From contig NC_092345.1 of NCBI RefSeq assembly GCF_963676685.1, positions 105,214,001 to 105,278,000 on the forward strand: a stretch of DNA of 64,000 nt. The letters are read 5' to 3'. A program made the translations under genes and the position numbers. This DNA is from Mytilus edulis (taxonomy: Eukaryota). Under the pieces are notes generated by a model. The model was given only the letters and a program-made list of their open reading frames with translations, made no database searches and had not been told where the DNA came from. Positions 55,938 to 64,000 of this stretch are shown here, piece after piece (positions within the stretch are counted from its first letter, which is position 1; the number at the start of each line of letters is the position of its first letter).

Positions 55938-56153
55938 TCAACTTTCTGGTTCAGCATTAAAAAATACTTCTTCCACACCTTCTACTTCTTTGACTTTGTC
56001 TATAAGTTTGTACAGTTTTTCCATGTTGTCTGTATTCATTTGAACAACTGAAGTTTGGATTGGTATAAACACTGACTCAGCATAAACTATATTCAAACCT
56101 TTAGATTGTAAATACTTCCTCACTTGGTTCACAACTAAATAGTTACACTCGAA
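55938..56153 (-). CDS. TACO1: TACO1 last coding exon
   Basis: atttcag|TTC GAG; AESVFIP..VEEVFFNAEPES*; AATAAA follows on the minus strand (~55920). Confidence 0.9.
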   Translation of the reverse strand, partial: FECNYLVVNQVRKYLQSKGLNIVYAESVFIPIQTSVVQMNTDNMEKLYKLIDKVKEVEGVEEVFFNAEPES

Positions 56154-59100
56154 CTGAAATAGATAAGAAAACATGATATTATTATAGTTAATTAAAGGTT
56201 GGAAGGCACTTCTGTTTAAAAAATTAAATGTGTGGTGGTTATTTTAACAATTATATGAAATAGTCAATTAAAGTTACATGCATTGCAGGGTTAATTAACA
56301 AGAGCTTTCCAATTTACTGTGGGTTCATTTATTTTGGTGGGTATCAATTTTCGTGGATTGAGGAAAACGTGCATTTTTGTGGATATTTCATTTTGTGATT
56401 TGACCAATCTCTTCATACAAAGCCTATAGAAAATTTGTTATTCGTAGAACATTTGAATTCATGGTTCACCTGTACCCACAAAACCCAGGAAATCGGTATC
56501 CAACAAATAATAATGAATTCACAGTATATAATAAGATATTTAGTATCCATTTATAAATCATAAAATTTACAAGAAACTAAGGTTTTAACTCTCTCTGGCT
56601 AATCAGCTTAGATTGATTTTGCTATTATTCGAAAGTCCCTTTCAGTAATTACTGTAAAGTATTTCTACCTGCAGTATATCTATTCCTTCCTCATTGGTTT
56701 CCATGGAGACATCATCAGCCTCAGCTTCAATAGCCAGCTCTAAATGATCATCATGGTTTCTACTGTCTCCTTCACCGAGCTCAACATCTACAAAACCTTT
56801 TCTCTCAAAACTACGTGTAGCTGTCCCTTGTTTATCTATTGTTGCCCTAAAAACCAAAAAATGTTCTATCATTTATTTACTGAACATCTAAAAGTTTTTG
56901 TTGAAACTATTTTTAAATTGTGTAATTTTATGTTACTGTATGTTACTGTATGAAATGGTTATGTTAATATCAGCATAGACTTGCAGCTGCAAAACATATG
57001 AATCCCAGCACTTGTTAAAATAATATTATAGCGAGATTCCTATGGCCACACTATATCAGACTTGGGATTAATTACATAGTGACTACATATATATTTATTC
57101 TACCATCTTCTCTCATGACAGTTAAAAAATAGTCAAAATCTATTTGTCACAAGTAGAAATATTGTATAATAGCAGATTCAATAGTGAAAGTTATCATAAG
57201 TGATATTTTAGGGATTTAAGTCTTTTTTTAAAAATGATCTGCATAAGGTGTTCTTTCTTTGTCTGAAGTCATCAGACATGGTTAACATTTTACATGGAAT
57301 TAAAATAATGAATTCAGAGGAAAGCAAGAAAAGTTGAAATCATCATTGAATTTTGAATATTTAAGTTTTTTTGAACCAGGTCAATATGTTTCCTAGACCT
57401 AATAAATGTGGTTTAATTCTGGTTGATTTGTCAATGATTAATTAGTCAAATAATCAAAAGTGTTATTTACCCAAATTTTTTAAGTTTAGATTGAATATCT
57501 GGTCTGGTTCTCTTTGGAAGATCTGTGAAAGCTTGTATGATAAACTTCAACCCACCAGCACCGGAACATTCTATTATCTCCTCACGAGAACTTTCATTCT
57601 TGGATGCCTGAAAATAAAATCATTTCTATAAATGGAAACAAGTACAATTTGTTATCAAACATAGTTACTATCAGCGGTGAGTTAAAGTCTTTTACAATTA
57701 ATTATTTCCTTTTTATTAATCAAAAGCTTAGGCTATATATATACAATTCGCCAAAGTTTCATGAAAATTGCTCAAGGCATTTTTCAATTATTGTAAGAAA
57801 ACTGGAAAATCACACATTTGATTATAAATAAAATCCCATGATTCAGAAATGAAAAATAAAAAAAATGATGAAAATCAAAAGGGAGCATAGGGGTTAGGGG
57901 GAGGGTTGGGATCCCGCTAACATGTTTAACCCCGCCACATTATTTATGTATGTGCCTGTCCGAATTCAGGAGCCTGTTATTCAGTGGTTGTCGTTTGCTT
58001 ATGTGTTACATATTTTTTTTTTAGTTCATTTTTTTATATTAATAAGGCCGTTAGTTTTCTCGCTTGAATTGTTTTATATTGTCATAGCGGGGCCTTTTAT
58101 AGCTGACTTTAATGGTAAGGGCTTTGCTCATTGTTGAAGGCCGTACGGTGACCTATAGTTGTTAATGTATGTGTCATTTTGGTCTTTTGTGGACAGTTGT
58201 CCCATTAGCAATCATACTATATCTTCTTTTTTATATATGTATCAATAGATATGATTAATTCACCAAAGTTTCATGAAAATTGCTTAAAATGTTTTTGAGT
58301 TATTGTTGGAAGTGTAGACGATGGTATATACCATAAAATGTTGCAGCTTAGATGGGCCTATAAAAATGTTAACAGTTATATATTTACTGTGTTCTTGATA
58401 ATCCTAAGAATGGTGTCCATGGCAATATTTTTCTGTTTAGCCGAATCAATACATCTTCCTAATTCATTGTTCACTTTAGGATCTGTCGAGGCATTATCTG
58501 AAATATACCATGTTTTACAGTCAAAATATATATATGATGATAATGAAATTGCATTTTAAGTCCAGTGGCAAAAATAACATTCATAACAGGACAAAAGCAT
58601 ATTCATGTGTTATAAATATCTACCCTGCTTTAGCTATTAGATTTCTTTTCAGGTCACATATTTCATAAAACTATATTTAAAGAATAGGATAACAAGCAAA
58701 ACAAATCCTTAGACAAAGTTTAGAGCACTTGACAAATCACTATATATAAATATATAAAATGTACGTCATGTAATTAGCAAGTTGTTAAGTTCATGATCTT
58801 CAGATATATATAAATAAATTAAAAAATACTTAAAAAATTGCATATTCATGCATTGAAAAATTAATACTCTTTTTTTGTGCATTTTGATTCTAATTGTTTA
58901 ACATGTTAGATTAGGTTTATACATGTAATTTCAAAAGACATCTGGGAATTGAGGAAATTGCTCTTAGTCTATATCAAGGGGGAAATGCCAAATAAATAAA
59001 AGAGATCAAATTGCTTAGTGTTTTAGCTAAATCCACTTCCCTAATTAAGATTTTTTTGTCATTTTTGAACAAGTAATTTTATACATATGAAAGTCAGGCT

Positions 59101-60220
59101 GTTTCTCCTATTTTAATCAGTCAAAACCTTAAAACACAAGAATGTGTCCATAGTACATGGATGCCCCACTCACATTATCGTTTTCTATGTTCATGATCAG
59201 TGGACCGTGAAATTGGGGCCAAAAATCTAATTTAGCATTTAAATTAGAAAGATCATATCATCATCATCATAGGGAACATGTGTATTAAGTTTCAAGTTGA
59301 TTGGACTTGGCTTCATAAAAAACTACCTCCACCAAAAACTTTAAGCTGAAGCGGGGCAAACAGATGAACAGACAAACGGACGAACTGACCAACAGACCAG
59401 AAAACATAATGCCCCTTTAATATCATAGGTGGGGCATAAAAAAAAAATTGCCTACCTACATACATGTACCATCTATAGTTGTTTTCAACATATAAGCAGA
59501 AACACAGAAGTTATTATTTTATAAGGCTTATTTTACTACATTTTGTACATATAAAAAAGAAGATGTGGTATGATTGCCAATGAGACAACTGTCCACAAGA
59601 GACCAAAATGACACAGACATTACCAACTCTAGGTCACCGTAATGCCTTCAACAATGAGCAAAGCCCATACCGCATAGTGAGCTATAAAAGGCCGATAAGA
59701 CAATGTAAAACAATTCAAACAAGAAAACTAAAAAACAAAAAAATATGTAACATCTTTTCAATATTTCAGCCCTACAAGTATCTTACCATATTTTGTATAC
59801 AATTGACACCACCATTTCAATAACCTAATCTTCATGGTAATATTAGAGATAAATACCTTTGAGAGCATTTTTTATCCTTAACGTTAACATTTGTGTATCC
59901 TTTCCTCTTATCGCGTCCTGTTCACCTTTAGTGTGTTTAATATTCTGCCAATGGCTATGTCCTTTCTGTCTGTTTTGTTGATAAAAAATATCACTAAAAC
60001 TTAAAACTAAACCAGACTTGGATACTTTTGTATTGTCACTAAATGTAATTCTAAATCTAGAATCTGTCATATAACAGCATGTGTGTTTTTGCCTCATTAA
60101 TGTTCCACTATGATCACATGTTGAGGATAAAATGCTTATATTGTTCTTCAATTGAATTTTGGTTAGTACATCTTGGATACGAATTGCTGCTCTCATCGAA
60201 AACAGCTGTTTGCAGTTCAT
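55938..60220 (-). CDS. TACO1: Translational activator of cytochrome c oxidase 1 (YebC/PmpR family, mitochondrial), 5 coding exons, 334 aa
   Basis: complement(join(55938..56153,56669..56846,57471..57607,58388..58497,59857..60220)), 1005 nt, GT-AG, phases consistent. Motifs KGHSHWQNIKHTK (family GHSKWxNIKH), DPKVNNEL, SFERKG, LELAIEAEADDV, VEEVFFN; long N-terminal presequence. An acceptor just upstream of the ATG (~60237) implies a non-coding first exon. Confidence 0.9.
56317..56524. mobile_element. Tc1/mariner-like MITE in the last TACO1 intron
   Basis: TA-CTGTGGGTTCATT ... AATGAATTCACAG-TA. Confidence 0.7.
56669..56846 (-). CDS. TACO1: TACO1 coding exon 4
   Basis: tttttag|G GCA; SFERKGFVDV..LELAIEAEADDV; donor CAG|GTAGAA. 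Confidence 0.9.
57471..57607 (-). CDS. TACO1: TACO1 coding exon 3
   Basis: ttttcag|GCA TCC; ECSGAGGLKFIIQAFTD..RT..KKFG; donor GG|GTAAAT. Confidence 0.88.
58388..58497 (-). CDS. TACO1: TACO1 coding exon 2
   Basis: atttcag|AT AAT; STDPKVNNELGRCIDSAKQKNIAMDTI; donor ACA|GTAAAT. Confidence 0.88.
59135..59440 (-). mobile_element. Same HINE-like family, single-unit copy, in TACO1 intron
   Basis: Reverse complement of the 49140..49936 ends with one internal unit. Confidence 0.75.
59857..60220 (-). CDS. TACO1: TACO1 coding exon 1
   Basis: ATG 60220; GHSHWQNIKHTKGEQD; donor AAA G|GTATTT. Confidence 0.88.
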
Positions 60221-63093
60221 CTTAACTGTAGTTCAATCTGTAAAGATATTCATCATCATCATGTTTTTATTGCATTTTACATGTATCATTTTGATAAAAT
60301 CAATGAGTATAACATAATGTTATGTGAATAGAAATCTTTCAATAACCTCTGAATAAAACAAATATGACCATTTGAACAGTGTGTAAGACAAACCCTGACC
60401 TTCTTGTACAGTCAAACCCAGACATTGTACAGTCGACATACAAAGACCTTGTACCTGATAAAATGAGTGTTATGTTAAACTTAAAACCTTGTTCTCCAGA
60501 AAATTTGTATACGATTGTATGCAGACTTCCCCAAAACCATGACATGTACTACCCACATGTAAGATTTCCATAATCCACTAAAACAGGTACCAAAAAAATA
60601 ATGAATCCGCAGTATGGGACGTCTTAGAAGGCTATTTTAAATTTTTGCTTTGATGCTTTCCTGTGATGTTAATATACAATAGCCTTCCACGACATCATAA
60701 TTATTTTTGGACTAAAACATGACATGTCTTTTTTTTTTTTTTTTTTCATTTTTGTGTACATGTATATTGAGGGGAGGTCGGAGGGGTCCTGATCCTGAAA
60801 TCCCAGGCTTAAAAACATGAAATCCGAAAATTCCAAAAAAGAAATCCCGGATCTAGAAAGGGTCAATCCCAAAATCCTGAGTTTAAAAAACACCCGATCC
60901 TGACATTCCGAAAAAGGTCCAACCCCTAGTGTTTTCCCCAGATATTTTTGATAGCATCACATTTGGCGAAGAAAAAAAATTGTCATTTGTCCTGTCGGGG
61001 CAAAGCTCTATTTCCTTTTTTTATATCTTTATATTGTTCAAATCATAACGGAGAATACAATTAAACTATACCCATGATTACAGTTGTTTCAATTTATGTT
61101 TTCTATATTCATTTAAAGTTACAGAATTATTTTTTTCCTCTTTGGCCAAACATAAATATATGTGTGGTTTTAGTTCTAGATCTATTTTCAAAAAGAGTAC
61201 ATTTATCAAAAACATCGAACAATTAGTCAGTTAATACGTTTGGAATGCATAGTTTTCTCTTTTTAGATAATTTTTTCTGGCTACTGTGCCATATTTGTGC
61301 AGCTGTAGTTTAATAACCGTAAAAATGCGGATTTCAATGTTGGCCGAAGAAAAAATAAAAATTTCAAAAATAAACAATGTTTGACAAGAGATTGGGAATG
61401 CATATGACGATTTTGATGCATTAAAGGGATGAAACATTAACCAAAGCCAATCATGATCACTTTCTAAAGAAGTATCAAACTAATTCATCTCAAAATCAAA
61501 ATGTTTTATAAACCCTTTGATTGACAAGTAGTACCAGAAGAGAAAGCAAGTAATTTTTTGAAAGTATTAAAAATATACGACCAAACCTCTTTTCTAAAGA
61601 GATAAATCGTTTGTATCTTTGAATTTTCATTATATATATATTATATAGCCTCACTGGACACAATTAAGAACCATTTTTGAACTTTAATTATTTTTTTTCT
61701 TTGTAGAATACTGTTCTTGAATTGTTTGTACCATAGAATTAAAGATGTATGAATGCTTTTCATTTTGAATCATAACACACATAATTTTCTATTTACGTTG
61801 GGATACTTTGGTAAGATTTTCATGACCTGGTTTTATGGGTCTAGCAAGCCCAATATGGACGAAATTACGAACGGCACTATATTTATATATCTGGCAGAAA
61901 AAATCAATGACAACGATCTAAATTTATGAAACATACATTAATCTAATCTAAAACACATTTCCTAAGAAAATAAGAAGTGTAATATGGTATTTTACTTCAA
62001 ATTCTTCAGCAGTAGTTGGAGACGAAATTGGTGACAAAAAAATTTCTTTCAAAAGAAAATAATTCGGATTTTTTGTTTTTATGCAAGTTCTTTCGTCTAA
62101 GAAGCACTGAATTCTCTTTTTAGTTAGTGAACCTATGATTTTAATTTATATTTAACCTTTACTTTCGGAGTTCTCGGGACTTTCCAATAAAAATACTATT
62201 TTCTTCTGACAATGCTCAGGATCACCCGAGTCTGAGAAAACGTTCATTTTTGGATTATTTGGGCAAGATAAAGGGTATCACACATATGAACAGATTCAGG
62301 AGATATTTTTCTATCTATATAATGACAAAAGAAGGCAATTTGCACTAGCTTGTGTGCTTTATTCGTGTAATTTCCAAAAGAGGGAGTCATTATTTTGACA
62401 TTTACGAAACTTAATTTTTCGTCGTCTGCAACATTAACCAAGTGCGCATGAACTTTTTTTTCGTTAAAACACCAGTAATGTAGTGGGTTTTTGATTAATA
62501 GAAACATTTATTAATTTTCATGCATAAATATAATATAAGGGTGCAAACATTAAAAATCGTTCTTAATTGTGTCCAGTCATAATTGCGTCCGGTAAGGCTA
62601 TGTTAGATTTACTGTTCCCAGATTATGAAAACGTAGATTTCGAATTGTATTACTATTTACTTCTGATTACGTTTTCTGCATGTATTAAGATCATGTCAGC
62701 AATTCAAGATACCATTAAATGCAATGTTTCAACAATAACACATGTAATTATAAATAATAAGGCAAGTGTAAACACGATTATGATATTGATAAATAAAAAA
62801 GGGGGGTTGTCATCACTATCAGGCCTGTTCAGAGATTGATTTGATAAGGAATGACATCCATTAAAATATTTGCTTTCAGTTGTTGAGATAATTGAAAAAT
62901 ACCATAGATATAACTTAAGTAGTCTAGATCTAGTATCACATGTGCCGGTGGATTCACCTTCAGAATTTTTAGGTTTTTGGTTGAAGTAAATATATAAACT
63001 CCAAAGTCAATAACGGACCTTTACCGCTATTATTCCGGAAAACTGGTAAAAAAACTCATCATAGATACCAGGACTATAAAATTTCGTATATAT

Positions 63094-63143
63094 ACGCCAG
63101 ACGCGCGTTTCGTCTACAAAAGACTCATCATTCAGTGACGCTC
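63094..63143 (-). ncRNA. Second hammerhead copy, core disrupted by a 4-nt insertion
   Basis: Revcomp gagcgtca-CTGAatgaTGA-GTCT-tttgt-AGAC-GAAAC-gcgc-GTC-tggcgt. Confidence 0.7.
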
Positions 63144-63182
63144 AAATCCAAAAAAAGTTAACAAATTCAAATAGTATACCAT

Positions 63183-63468
63183 AATTCAAACACTGGCGTT
63201 TGTGGAGTGGAGCCCCCCTTCTTTTTTTTTTTACATTTTTTTTTATTTCATTTTTTTTTTAAATTTCAACTTATATAACTAAGATTTACTTATTTAAGGT
63301 GTTCAACGTCTTTTCAATGAGTTTTTTTTTAATGTTAAATCTCATTGAAAAGACTTTGAACACGGCCAAACAAAGTTTATATAAGTTGAAATATGAAAAA
63401 AAAAAAAAAAAATTTATAAAATACAAAAATAAAAAAAGGGGGTCCACTCCACAAACGCCTGTGAATTA
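63183..63468. mobile_element. Near-complete palindromic (fold-back) element
   Basis: GGCGTTTGTGGAGTGGA / TCCACTCCACAAACGCC; the poly-T/poly-A tracts and inner arms (GTCTTTTCAATGAG / CTCATTGAAAAGAC) also pair. Confidence 0.8.
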
Positions 63469-64000
63469 AAACTGCCAGTAATGAATTAGCCGTATTTTTC
63501 TCACAGGACAACCGTACTAGAATATGGACGGATTTTGAAAATGACCCATATAGTGATGTGGTCTGTTAAGTTCTAAAAGGCGGATTTTAAGGGGAGGCAG
63601 GGTGCCCGGGACCAAATTGAGAGCTATCTTCATGGTTAGGGCAGCCTATTCCATTCCAATCTTTGTCTAAATCCCCCCTTTTCAAAATCCTAGATCCGTA
63701 TTTGTCTCTACATGTTTTACATTGAACTTGCAATGAGATGAGATTTCTAGTTCCATGTTGAAGGCCATACATTATACAGTGACTTTGAGACGAAGAACAG
63801 TACTTATGCATAGACTTAATCGATGTATTAACATGTTTATTTCCATTAAATGGGCTCAAGGTTAGGAGCATAGTACAATATATTGTCGAAATTACCCAAG
63901 GGAATTAAATTTAAATAAAGCGAATATATAAAACAATATCTGTCCTTTCCTATATTTAGATTTTTCATTTTCACATTGTTTTCATCGGTAGAAACATTGA

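Overview
AT-rich, intron-rich metazoan DNA. The repeat families and B-box/beta-propeller gene suggest a bivalve, most likely a Mytilus mussel (inference). Genes reconstructed by hand from GT-AG sites and codon phase: (1) 5' part of an unidentified multi-exon gene on the minus strand (<1..~8600); (2) an intronless B-box + NHL-like beta-propeller TRIM-like gene (11954..13063, -); (3) a secreted coiled-coil protein (15413..16246, +); (4) a complete 14-coding-exon GPR155/LYCHOS orthologue (27216..48369, +, 881 aa); (5) a 5-coding-exon TACO1/YebC-family gene (55938..60220, -, 334 aa). Mobile DNA includes a ~3.96 kb TTAA-flanked piggyBac with an intact 584-aa transposase in GPR155 intron 8, two CR1/L2-type LINE fragments, non-autonomous hAT, Kolobok-like, Tc1/mariner-like and Helentron-like elements, SINE-like repeats, and retrozyme-type repeats with minimal type I hammerhead ribozymes (one intact at 2003..2046). 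The most unusual signal is tandem repeats built from, or abutting, splice junctions. About 50 copies of the GPR155 exon-10 end plus its GTAAGT donor span 41407..44620. Six in-register copies of the exon-12 acceptor, a duplicated exon-8 acceptor, a repeat abutting the exon-6 donor and a 1.75 kb acceptor-like array in the neighbouring gene also occur. Exon numbers count coding exons only.
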